From: Mytilus trossulus
Lineage: Eukaryota
DNA length: 64,000 bases
Assembly (NCBI RefSeq): GCF_036588685.1
Contig: NC_086382.1
Location: forward strand, 24,614,001-24,678,000
Direction of reading: 5' to 3'
Under the pieces are notes generated by a model. It had not been told where the DNA came from. It searched no databases and was given only the letters and a program-made list of their open reading frames with translations. Shown piece after piece: positions 27,584 through 39,835 of the stretch (positions are counted from its first letter, which is position 1; each line of letters opens with the position of its first letter). The position numbers were made by a program, and so were the translations under genes.

Positions 27584-29272
27584 GTAAGCCACATATGTAT
27601 GTTAAGTAAACAGGTATTCATCAAGGAATAACTGATGCAGACAATGCAGGCTTGAATTGCCCTTAAGTTGCGAAGTACTGATATATCTAATCTTACTTTC
27701 ATAACTTCTGAAATCATTCTGAAATATGTAGGGGATGGAACAGTGTCCTTGGTGAATGTTGTTTGAAAATTGTATAAACATTTTAAAAATCGATATCATA
27801 TACCTACTTTACACAACAAGGTCGGTACAACGATTGATAGATAAACAGTTCCCGCGGGAACTATCCTTTCAGCATGTTCAGAAGCAAGACTTAGTGTTCT
27901 TGTAACATATACTTGAATTATCAATACTTTCCAAAATGACGGAACAAAAGCAGTTGTACGGTATACGAAACAAGACAATAGCCCAATGACACACAACAAA
28001 AAAAAATAAGTCTGCAAGAATCAGCATACGAGTCTAGATCGGTAATGAATAGAAAAACGCTCTGCTCTTATTATATCAATCACCCTATGCCGAAGACAAT
28101 AATACAAAGACACGACAAGTACGTAATTAGAACTTAAAGGTTTCATTGCTTGTTTATAATGAGGACTCGTGAATTATAAGAGAGAAGTAGTACAAGTATG
28201 TATAAGGAATGCTTAGTTTGCCTATAAATTATATGGAATTTTTTATCTCTTCAATGTAGTGCATTAAGCTGCATGCATCTCCCTCAAAGACCGTTAGACT
28301 GACAACAACTTCATTTTTTTCAGGAAACTTCACTTAGATTTCTTTTGATAAAAAGCGTCAAGAAATCTTATTTAAAGACAACTTATCTACTACTACTATT
28401 ACTTGATGATATCAAGCCATTATAAACCTTACTCTTAGCACTTAAGACATTAAGATAATGGTTTTCTCTTGACACGTTTTGTGTAAATATTCTGCAAAAA
28501 GCACTTCAAAATGTATACATGAAGTATATCAACCTTTTTTATATAATGTATATAAATAACTGGAGATGTGTTTACACTTTAGCACATCAAACTATAAGAT
28601 ATCTAGTACAAATTAAAACTTACATTCCGGAAATCCGGGGTTGGACTTGTTTTAATAATTAAATAGATTTGATAATAGTTGAATTTATGTTAGATTTTGT
28701 CGAATTTGTTACTAGCATGTTTTAAGGGGGAAAGTTGGTATGTACAATGGATGTATGTGGTGAAAGATTGAAGAAATCTGTGGATTTTTTAATACATTTT
28801 GTGTTCATATAAATATATATAATGTATATGTATTGTCAGCTGAATCTTAGATTGCATTGTTTTCTTTCCAGAAAATGCGAAACAATAGAATATAGGGAAG
28901 TGAAAAAGTCACAGAGTGAAGAAATACTGCACGGAAAAGATAAGCTGATTGTTTGACGCAATTAATTAAGTTTCCAGTTTCCTGTTTGCGGGAAAAGACA
29001 ACTTGTAAACAACAAAGTTTTAAGAAAAGTGCAGTATTGATATTTTATATATTATATATTCACTCTAAGTTCAATGACTTTTCCAGAATAACGATCCGAT
29101 ATCTTTTCATTATTCAGCGACTTTATATTGATTATCAGAAAAAAAGTGCGAGACATATATGATTGACCGTGCATCTCGGGATTTATCGTTAAGTTAAGGT
29201 GTGTTTCTACAGGAAAACAATAATTATGACAATACAGTTTTAAACTAAAGTGGTTAAGGATTTTGCATAAAA

Positions 29273-30334
29273 ATGTCGACCACCTCAAGTTTCACAGTAT
29301 CAAACCCGATTGATATTACTAGTAACGGAAGCTCTCAAGAGGCTTCCTATTGTACTACCGAGGAAATTGTTTCGTTAAGGCGACATCATCGTGTTAAAGA
29401 TGGAATTAAACGTTTGACAGAAAAGTATGATTCTATTGGTAACTTTATTCCAATGACTGGACGACCGCCGAGTATAGCATCTTTGAAAAGTGCAAAAGAA
29501 GAAAGAGAAAGACTTGCTTCTTTTGGATCTAATGGGTCAACTAGTATCAGTCAAAGCCCATCACGAACTTCATTTGCTGAAGGGATTAGCGAGCATGATT
29601 TGCTGCAAGTTGAAATGTTTTACCGGAGTCATAAGACTGATGTTCATGTATGTCCAAGTTTAGCTAATTTGTACTTTGGAAAAGTTGTTGGAAACAAAGA
29701 CAAATGGAAATTCGCAATGACCGGAATACCTGTTCTGGTACTCGACACAGGAAAACACCAGCGTGACCGGAAGTTACATGTTATTCTTGCCGAAAAAGGT
29801 ACAGGATTCGTGCTTTGGAAAGATAAAGTAGATCAACTTACAGCATATAAAGCTCCTCATGCCAATTTCCACACGTTGCACCTGTCAACAGATCATACTC
29901 GTTTAGCAGGATTAAGTTTTGACGATAAAAAGGGGGCTGCAGAATTTGTCAAAAAATATTTGGAATACACATCTGATCCAGATGATGAACTACTCAAACT
30001 GAGTAAAGGAAAGAAGAAAAAAGTGAAAACTGAGAAACCTAAAAAATTCAAACCACCGAAGAAAACGGAAATTTCACAGCCATGTTGTTTTGTTCATGTG
30101 ACTAAGCTCGAAAATTCTGCTATGGAGAACTTACATAATAATAAAAGTGTCATATCTGGTCCAGTAGCATTCGAAAATTTACTGGATGTACACGATAAAA
30201 GAGAAAAAGACAGTTTAGAAGTTTCGAGTCTTCTTGGAAGTAAACTCACTATAAACAGTGATATAAGTTCTACCGTGTCTGAAGATCCAACCTCGGTTTC
30301 AAGTTATCAGTCAGAAAAGGGAATTCCGGACTGA
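29273..30334 (+). CDS. EVH1/WH1-like domain protein with basic region and CRIB-like motif (353 aa; possibly related to Drosophila MESR3)
   Basis: Long non-repetitive ORF in AT-rich DNA; LY...W...G.PVL.LD...LW...Y....FH......AGLSF pattern typical of WH1 folds; Lys-rich tract followed by ISQPCCFVHV. Confidence 0.85.
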   Translation: MSTTSSFTVSNPIDITSNGSSQEASYCTTEEIVSLRRHHRVKDGIKRLTEKYDSIGNFIPMTGRPPSIASLKSAKEERERLASFGSNGSTSISQSPSRTSFAEGISEHDLLQVEMFYRSHKTDVHVCPSLANLYFGKVVGNKDKWKFAMTGIPVLVLDTGKHQRDRKLHVILAEKGTGFVLWKDKVDQLTAYKAPHANFHTLHLSTDHTRLAGLSFDDKKGAAEFVKKYLEYTSDPDDELLKLSKGKKKKVKTEKPKKFKPPKKTEISQPCCFVHVTKLENSAMENLHNNKSVISGPVAFENLLDVHDKREKDSLEVSSLLGSKLTINSDISSTVSEDPTSVSSYQSEKGIPD

Positions 30335-30597
30335 ATACAATATTTTTTGGAAATTCTTGTTTGAATGGATTCTATGCAAAGTGCCAATGTTATTTGTTAA
30401 GTATATATGTGATTTCGTTTACAGTAGTTATAATTTGCAATTGTTTAATGTAACACAGTGCTTTTATTTTATATAAAATACCCCCATTTTAATATATTTC
30501 TCATAATTTTTTTCCGACTTGCCTAATTTGACATTATTTTACATAGTGTTAGCAGCTACGATTTGTCATTCCCTTCCTGTTTGCACCTCGCCCTGAC

Positions 30598-30880
30598 TGT
30601 TGTATGTGTGTCAAACTCGTTTGTGGTCAGTCACTCAGCTCGCCCTGACATGTTGTATGTGTGTCAAACTCTCGTTTTTGGTCAGTCAGGTATTAAAGAC
30701 TTGTTGTATGTGTGTCAAATTCTCGTTTTTGGTAAGTCAGGTATTACAGACTTGTTGTATGTGTGTCAAACTCTCGTTTTTGGTCAGTTAGGTATTAAAT
30801 ACTTGTTATGTGTGTCAAACTCTCGTTTTGGTCAGTTAGGTATCAAACTCTCGTGTTTGGTCAGTCAGGTACTAAAAAGC
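30598..30880. repeat. ~51-bp minisatellite, ~5 copies, decaying rightwards
   Basis: Unit gacttgttgtatgtgtgtcaaactctcgtttttggtcagtcaggtattaaa. Confidence 0.9.
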
Positions 30881-31777
30881 TGAACATAATTATATCTACA
30901 GGAGTTAGCCAATCTTCTTTTGTCAGTTATACGATAAAAAACCGACAGGAACGATTTTTTACTAAATTTAATCTATATACTTGTTTAAGAATACCTACAT
31001 TTTAAAGGATATACAAGAAGTCATCAATAAGCTATAACTATTCTGGGTATTTTTAAGATAAAAACAAGACGTTTCAAAGGAATTGCCCTGTTGTATTATA
31101 AGATCTTGTAATTTAGTTTTTCTTCTTGCTCCCAACGCCTTTAGACATGAGAACTTTCTAAACACTTGCTTTATGTTTTTCTGGTATGCATTTTACCCTA
31201 AGGACAGATGACAAGTGTAGCAAAGTCGGATGCTAAATCAAAAAAATTGAACTTTCAATTAGATATTACAACGTGTTTAACTCGTGTGCCAAGATACTTA
31301 AACGTTCAAGATTATCAATGTTGATATTGGAAAATTTCAGTGACTTATGAGTGGATTTCGTCGAAGTCCCTATAATCACTTCCTTTACGTATCATTATAA
31401 CCTATATGAAGAATTTGATATTGGTCTGCTGCAACAAAATTAAGGATTGACGAAAAGGGGGTTACACAGCATTGTTTGTACATATACACCTGGAAAAAAG
31501 TATTGCCACACTTCCACTGAAGACAATGTAAAATGACATGATTACAGGTTTTTATAATTTGGGTTTTGCCAGATACTTTTAAACCGTTTATGGTTTAAAA
31601 TTGAATGTGTAATAGTAACTTACATTTTAGGCAAATGTAAGACTGAAGTGATGTATCATAAGAGATGTACTGACAAAATTATTCAAGCTTTGTCTTGTCT
31701 TCTAAACCGACATTTTATAAAAATAATTTTTACAGCAAACTGAACATCTGATACAGAAAATATGTGTTAACAATACT

Positions 31778-31900
31778 AATGCTCTTCAACTTTGTACTTG
31801 TTTGGCTTTATAAATATTTTGATACGAGCGTCACTGGTGAGTCTTATGTAGACGAAACGCGCGTACTAAATTATTATCCTGGTACCTTTGATAACTAATT
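31778..31900 (+). mobile_element. Retrozyme fragment with degenerate hammerhead
   Basis: gagcgtca-ctggtga-gtct-tatgt-agac-gaaacgcgcgta; core A6 mutated and the 3' strand of stem I lost. Confidence 0.75.
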
Positions 31901-33131
31901 AAACTAGCCATGATTTTCAAATAGTTCAGAATGAGTTTAATGCATACATATCTGTATTTCTTGCAAAACCAATGTTCTTAAAATTTACATTAAAAGCGCA
32001 AAAAACTATTTCCTAGCAGCTGTTATGTCCTATCCATGTAGCATTACTATTGGGTGAAAAGAATTCAATTTTAAACCATTAACGGATTAAAAGTATTTAG
32101 TAAAACCCAAATTATACACGTTCTACAATCATATTATTTCACAATTGAAGTGTTTCAGTACTTTTTTCCTGGTGTATGGATAAAACAAACGACAGTTGTT
32201 AATTTAACTACAAATAAAAATGTATAAATCCATGGCCAGTGGCGTTACAAATTGACAGACAGACAAATGTGTCGTAAACAAAATAAAGACGAACAGCATC
32301 AACTCAAAATACTTGACAGAATCTAACGGATGATCATCAAAAAACACCCTGATAGACGTTAACAAAGGGTACTTGTGATGTATTCTTTTCACTGTTCGCA
32401 TCGTGTTTACCTGACAGTTATATATATATCTATATATATATTGTAAATCGAGTTTAAAATTTAAAATTTGAGCTTTAATGATTGGTTGATTTGAAGAACC
32501 CATACATTAGCAAATGTCTTTAAATGAATAAAAAGACAGAGCAAGGAAGAAGTTAAAACGTTATCGTTTCAATAGAACATCAAATCGTCAAAAGAGGGAC
32601 GAAAGATACTAGAGAGACATTCCAACCATTATGATACTTTACCGTTGCCCCCGATGGTATCATTAGCTTATTTGGCAGTACTTCGGTACCGACATGATTT
32701 TTAAAAAAAAACTGTTCTTAAAAAGTAAAGTATACTAGTAACAAAAAAAATAAAACGAACTCCGAGGAAAATTCATAACGGAAAGTCCGTAGTCAAATGG
32801 TATAGTCGAAAGCTCAAACACATCAAACGAACGAAACCCAACTGTCATATTCCTGACATGGTACATGCATTTTCTTGTGAAGACAATAATTGATTACACC
32901 TGGTTTTAAAGTTGGCTCAGTTATTTGTCACTTTTTAAATTTATGAGTTATCCAGAAACGAAAGTTTCAACTCCATCATTCAAAATTTACCTTTCATGCT
33001 ATCGCTATTATTGTTATGCCTTTATATTATTGTCTAATATCATAATAGCTCTTTAACTGTTTTAGCTTCCATACATTTTTCACTTTCAAAAAGTCAATAA
33101 ACTCATAGATACAAGGATTGAAACACAGCTG

Positions 33132-33717
33132 TAAATAAAGACAACAGTAGTATACCGCTGTTCAAAAGTAATAAATCGACTGAGAGAAAACCCATCCGCG
33201 TTACAAACTAAAACCGGGGGAAACACGTCAAAAGCAAGAGGAAAACAACGAAACAACGGAACACTAAAAGAGGGACGAAAGATACCAAAGGGACAGTCAA
33301 ACTCATAAATCTAAAACAAACTGACAACGCCATGGCTAAAAATGAAAAAGACAAACAGACAAACAATCAACATAGAAAACCAAAGAATAAACAACACGAA
33401 CCCCACAAAAAACAAAGGGTTATCTCAGGTGCTCCGGAAGGGTGAGCAAATCCTGCTCCACATGTGACACCCGTCGTGTTGCTTATGTGATATCAAATGC
33501 GGTACATAGTCTTATTCGGTAGGTCACATTCATGAAAGGGAAGGGGATTGTAGTTACGACGTAAGGAACATATCCGATATATATATATATATAAAGTACG
33601 ACAATGCAAAATACATTAAAACGAACTATTAACTAACAACTGCAATAATCCTGACTTTGTACAGAACACTTTAAAAAGAAATGGAAGGTTGAACCTAGTT
33701 TTGTGGCTAGCAAAACA
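33132..33717. repeat. Family D copy interrupted by a family C insertion (~33268-33592)
   Basis: The two flanks join to give a sequence colinear with the uninterrupted D copy at 38189-38520. Confidence 0.75.
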
Positions 33718-33821
33718 CTAGTTAGCAAAACCTCACAAACACAGACCTGTAAGCGTTTAATATGATGAAGATATATCAAGAAATAAACTCATCATAGATA
33801 CCAGGACTAAATTTAGTACAT

Positions 33822-33865
33822 ACGCCAGACGCGCGTTTCGTCTACAAAAGACTCATCAGTGACGC
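33822..33865 (-). ncRNA. Type I hammerhead ribozyme, intact core (inside retrozyme fragment 33783-33900)
   Basis: Minus strand: gcgtca CTGATGA gtct tttgt agac GAAA c gcgc g TC tggcgt; stems I, II and III all pair. Confidence 0.88.
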
Positions 33866-33934
33866 TCGAATCCAAAAAAGTTGAAAAGGCCAAATAAATG
33901 CGATGTGGTCGCTTGAAGATCATACAGTGTTGTT

Positions 33935-34091
33935 TCACAGCACTTGGTCAATATTGATGCTCACAGCACGTGGTCAATATTGATGCTCACAGCACGTGGT
34001 CAATATTGATGCTCACAGCACGTGGTCAATATTGATGCTCACAGCACGTGGTCAATATTAATGCTCACAGCACGTGGTCAATATTGATGCT
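33935..34091. repeat. 26-bp tandem repeat, 6 copies
   Basis: Unit tcacagcacgtggtcaatattgatgc. Confidence 0.95.
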
Positions 34092-35036
34092 GGTAGAATG
34101 TCTCCCTAAGAGTGTCATCAACTAAGAAGTCGATACTTTGATCCTGTCGTGATTTATAACTAGTCTTTCTTAAACCATCAATTAATAAATTTTATAAATT
34201 GTTAGGAAACTCATTCAAGCAAAGTAAACCTTATCTGATTTCGCTATATTCGTTTTTTCTTTTCAACTGTTACAGTACTAATGCATTCTCTGCTTTTTTG
34301 TATTTATCTACATCAGAAACAAATACTGTTGAATATTTTAAAGCCAACGCGATTTTCATGGATTTACCCACATCAGGAACAATGGCAGCCGGATATTTGA
34401 AATCAGAGAATGCATAAGAATTGAACGGCACATGTGATTTATCAAGTGCTGTTTTCGTTTTTACAACACTGTGACGATATCGCTGCTTGCTTAATGTCTG
34501 TCCCCGATTGTATCATCATCTCAATTTCTGTACTTCTTTACGGGCATAATTTGTTAGATTATCTGTATATAAATTATTATAAAAAAAAAGGTTTTGTCTC
34601 CCTCAGTTATAGCTGGCATTAAATAGATTGGCTAATATACTAGTATTAAGTCACGTTTTGTTCATACAGCTCTTCAAATGTTTAGGTTCTTATACATCTT
34701 TAGATTTCAAGTGTTTCTTTAAATCTGAATGTGCAAAGTATAGATAACAAGAACTTTCTTTAAAAAAGATATCCGACGTATTTTAATTTGAGTCTATGTT
34801 TAAAACTATCATTTCGATAACCTTCAGAAGCACAATGACTTAATGATGCAGGAACTCTTTAATAAAATCTCCATCTGAATGTATAACTTCAAGAAATTAT
34901 TTACTAAGTCTGGTTATATTAAGGCAATAATATATACGAATATTGTGATGACACCTAAAATTTATCAAAAATCCAGTGCAAATAACAAGAAATAAATATA
35001 CATTTACTACTGTTTACATCAAAATTAGTTCATGGT

Positions 35037-35120
35037 TAACAAAGCTAGAAACTATTGGTAGTATAACAAAGCCAGAAACTATTGGTAGTATAACAAAGCC
35101 AGAAACTATTGGTAGTATAA
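35037..35120. repeat. 27-bp tandem repeat, 3 copies
   Basis: Unit taacaaagccagaaactattggtagta. Confidence 0.9.
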
Positions 35121-36525
35121 GTAGTATCTTTCTGTAATAACATTCACCAAAACCCCGCGGAAATCTCACATGCGTAGGTGCGTTCTAAAAGTCATGTACT
35201 TTTGTACAACAAAGTTTACATTAAAAATTATATAATTGTCCCGTATAAAAGCTATTGGAGAAACAATTGTTTTAATAAAAATATAAATCTTTGTAAGATC
35301 TAGTTCAAATATTTAGTTTTTCACTTGCTTTCAATCACGATATAATTTTCGAGACGTTTTTTTCAAACACAACCAAATCACCTACCTTGACAGCATTTTG
35401 TCCAATCGTGACAGAAAGGATTTTCGAGCATGCGTATTCCGTTGCCATAGTTAAGCGTCCTTAAGTTCAAAGGGCACAAACCGAAACTATAGCGACTACG
35501 TCGGAAAAACAACAGAAATTATTTAATGTAAACAAAGGGAAAATAAAATATAGAGTCGTAAAACAACCAGACAAAACCATGATCGAAATAAAAATAGACC
35601 AACAGAAAACAAGTCTACAAAATACTACCCAGAAAACTAAACAATGAGTTACCCAAAACCCTACCAAAACACGTGATCTCTGTGAAGCTCTCTACTGGCA
35701 CATGTAATATAATTATGGCATTCAAGTCTATGTACTTGGCAAGTTAACAATCGAAGATACTATTCATTTGCTGATGTCGAAGTCTAGTTATAGAAGGCAG
35801 CACAGTTGAAATATTTGTGTGGACATCAAAGAAAAGTAAAATCACAAAAAAAATCCGAGGAATATTCTAAAAGGAAAATCCCTTATCAAATGGCAAAACG
35901 GATTCATTTATATTCGTTGGTACAATTTTTCATGGATTAAGCAAAACTTTCATGCTTGGGGATATTAGATTTAGTGGTTTTGCCGGAGCTAGCATAAAAG
36001 CCTATAGAAAAGGAGTATGACCACGCAGGGTTAAAAACGGCCCTGTTTCAGAAATTGACGAAATTATTGCAGAAGGATCATTTACTAATCCGACTCAGTT
36101 TACTTCATAAAAAGATAACCATTAGACTTGTAACTGTGATTGATTAACTTTCCAGGGCGTCAGAAAAGACTAAGGTACAACAGTATTATAGCCATTTGCT
36201 AGTAACGTTTAAAATAGTTTTCATTAACGTTCTAGTAATTTTAAACAATTTCCCAAACGAACTAGTATTATAATATTCTGAAATATTTTTTCCACTGGAA
36301 CAAATATTATTCACTTCAGAAGTAGGTGTTAAGGCATCTGTGAAACCCACTCATAAATAAGTGATTCAACACATGTAGTTGCCGCCCATATTTAAAATGT
36401 TAGCAGAATAAATAGTTGTGGGCTCAGTTTTTTTTAGACAAATATAACCTTGTAGTGACTGAGCTATAATGGAAATATGAGGCATGCACTTTGTCTTTTT
36501 TTTCTAAATTATGATACCTGATTAT

Positions 36526-36961
36526 GGTGGCACGGTAGTATTTGCTTTCCAGAATTTAGGTTGCTCTTTTGTGTACCCTACTTAGGTAAATGTATCTAAA
36601 CAGTGTGATTGGACAAAAAATACAGTATCAAATGAACATACTTTCCCAAACTGAGTGATGAATCAGGTGTAGAAAAATATGAAATAATTTTATATACAGA
36701 TGAAAATGAATTTTTGAGAATTTTTAAAAATTTTGCATTCACTGCACCATAAAAGACCTAAAAGTACTAGTGGCCTTAGGATTTTAAAAATAGCAAAAAA
36801 AGTAAACGGTCATGGTACATATCCAAATTCATTTCTGAATGGTAAAATGAAAGTACTTCAGTTAACTGTGAATGTAGAATTTTTTGCAGTGTTAGAAAGT
36901 GGTGAAAATTCTAAAAAGGCTATCATTATCCCTTATGGCCAGGAAATACTACCGTGCCACC
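36526..36961. mobile_element. MITE with 18-bp TIR and TTAT TSD (Kolobok-like)
   Basis: ggtggcacggtagtattt / aaatactaccgtgccacc; TTAT on both flanks. Confidence 0.8.
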
Positions 36962-37510
36962 TTATGTATTACATAAAAAAAGAAAAATCACAAAAAGTAC
37001 CGAAAATTAAAAAACGGAAGTGGTTCTGAAGTCTCCATTCTCGGGTTTTAAGGTATCTGCTGATCGTCCGCTTGACCCTTACATTTAGTTTTTAAGTGGT
37101 TTCTTTACATTTCAATTTTCATTCCTCCTAAATTGATACTTAGTATATTTAACCCAGCTCGTTATATTGAGTTAATCCGTGTGTCTATCCGGCTATTCTC
37201 TGAAAACTGATGAATACATAATATGTATAAAGAAAGATAACTCCACCTCTACAAATATAATGAAGTTCTATATTTTTCATATATTTCCTTTCACATTCAA
37301 CTGAAAACAATCTTAACATCATTCGCTATCAAAGTCAATATGGGCAAGACGTCAACAAGTTTTAATCCACAAAACTAAGTAAATTTTTTTTACCGAATGT
37401 TGTTCGTAAAGGAAATAGTCGGAAATGATATATGCTTGGGTGGTGTTACTGTTAAGAGTTCGCCAGTTATAATGTGGATTTGTTACAAATTTTCATATCA
37501 CGACCATGTT

Positions 37511-37636
37511 TAGTCCAAGATTACTCTGACGTCCGACAGCTGTTTTGCCAGACAAGCTTGGGACGGCTGCCGTGGGTCCCACGGCCCCAGCTTGTCTGGC
37601 AAAACAGCTGTCGGACGTCAGAGTAATCTCGGACTA
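37511..37636. mobile_element. 126-bp palindromic MITE, TAG...CTA ends, 9-bp TSD (AcademH-like)
   Basis: 48-bp arms with one mismatch; GACCATGTT at 37502-37510 and 37637-37645. Confidence 0.85.
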
Positions 37637-38188
37637 GACCATGTTGGACTCTTTAGAACAGTAGAACGCAGTTCTACTTTGACACTAATGATAGCATTCT
37701 TAATTTCACTGATCATCACAATTATAATGGAAGAGACTAATAGAAATTTAATACACAAAAAAAAATCAACTGTGAAAAAGTTTGAAAAAACAAATTAGGG
37801 CATGTCAAAATTTGTCTATTCCTTTGATGTGTTTGAGTTTTTGATTTTGTCTTTTGATAAGGGACTTTACGTTTTGAATTTTGCTCGCAGTTCAGTATTT
37901 GTGTGATTTACTTTTATAAGTACGATCGAACAGATTCTAACCAGAACTGTTGTTCTTATAACTGATATTTACACAAACTTTGAAGATTTGATATCTTTAA
38001 ATTCAGATTGAATCCACCATTTGCTACATATGGAAATGCCTATGTCAAGTCAGAATGTGTGACAGTTGTTTTCCATTCATTTGATGTGTATGAGCTTTTT
38101 TTTGCAAAAAAAATAATGGACTTTCCAATTTGAACTTTCCTTGAAGTTTGGTATATTTTTAACTTTAACTTTTAAATGATAGTACGAA

Positions 38189-38520
38189 GAAGCAACAGTA
38201 GTATACCGCTTTCCGAAAGTCATAAATCGATTTCGAGAAAACAAATCCGGGTTACAAACTGAAACTAAGGAAAACAACGAAACAACAGAAACACAGAAGT
38301 GCAACAAAAAAACGAAAATGCAACACAGCAACGAACTATAAGATAACAACAACCATATTCCTGGCTTGGTACAGAACATTTTAAGAAAAAAAAATAGTGG
38401 GTTGAACCTGATTTTGTGGCTAGCCAAAACCTCGTGCTTTTATGGCAAGGTAAAACGTAATACTCAAATGACAACTTTATGTTACATGACTAAAGTAAAA
38501 ATAAATGCAAGAACATGCAA
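38189..38520. repeat. Interspersed repeat family D
   Basis: Similarity to 7099-7470. Confidence 0.8.
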
Positions 38521-38759
38521 TTATAATTCAGTTACTATAATATGGAAACAAACATTATGTGGGTATTTATATGACAATACATAGTCCACTACCGATTAAA
38601 GATGCATTGTAATGGAACGAGATTCTAACATGATCTATAATAACTTGAGTGTCATAGTGTTAACTACATAAAATAAAAAAAATAACCCTTCCACTAAATT
38701 CTTCAAACAATTAACTAAAGAAAAGGAAAAAACCCAAAATTTCATTTATCTTTATACAA

Positions 38760-39080
38760 TAGTTACAATGTTTTTTACAAATCTTTAAAAAAAAAAGAGT
38801 TTCCCTTTGAACAGAAATCTAGAAATTAATAAGTATTTCATCAACAATTTAATTCAAGGGAAAGGGCTGAACAAGGAGAAAAGCTTAAATCGTGAAAATG
38901 GAACATGACCTGTAACTTGTCATGATAAAACAATACATCAAATACCAAAAACAATATCTACATCCAGAAGAAAAAAGGTTGGAAAACTGATTTGTTGGAC
39001 TGACGGATGGACAGACGGACAGACAGACGGACAAGGTGTACACCTAAAGACCACTTCGACTTCGTCGATAGGGGACTAAT
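38760..39080 (-). mobile_element. Helentron/DINE-like (HINE) remnant
   Basis: (GACR)n microsatellite followed by a short inverted repeat and terminus; left boundary uncertain. Confidence 0.55.
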
Positions 39081-39835
39081 AGATATCTCGCTGAAGTAAG
39101 CGAGCACTAGGAGAAAAGTTCAGAGATTTGGGGCGAGCAGTAGAAGATTTGGATAGTCGTGCACACATGTACATCTGTACATAACCCAGTAATGTGCAGA
39201 TTTCAGTATTAGAACATTTCTTGTTACTTGTGGAGAATCGATAGATTTAAAGATGGTAATAAGAAATACTAAGCTAAAGTCAATACATCAGTGTCATGTG
39301 CAAACCCAAGAATGAACGAAACCCTAGTAAGATAGTTCATAGAAATGTGTACTGAGTCGGTGAAGTAAACTTCGGACTAAGACATTTCTGAAAAGCACAA
39401 CGAAAGAACCAGAACACGAATATTCATGGACTGCAGCGACGTCGACATGTTAGCAACTGCATGTGACAAAACGATTCATATAGTCGATAGATATTGGAAA
39501 AATGTAAAAGAAGTTCGTATGACGAGCAGTATAAAGCCAAGTTCCGAACTGTTGTTATTCTCTCATAGCAAAAGTAAATCAGAGTGCATCCTGGATCTTC
39601 AGAAGATGTCAAGCAGCACTCATTGAGGGCATTGTTGGTTCGTAGTAACATGGTTCACGTGAAACAGTTGAACAGTTCGCCTATTCAACTTCTTAATGTC
39701 TTCGTTATTAAGAGGTGAGATTTCTACAAGGTAACTCTTTTAAAATTTGGTTAAGTTATTTTCAGAAATATCTTATTTAACGAGTGACAATCTGAAACGG
39801 AATATCTATTACTAGGCGGTGGAATTATGGAAATT

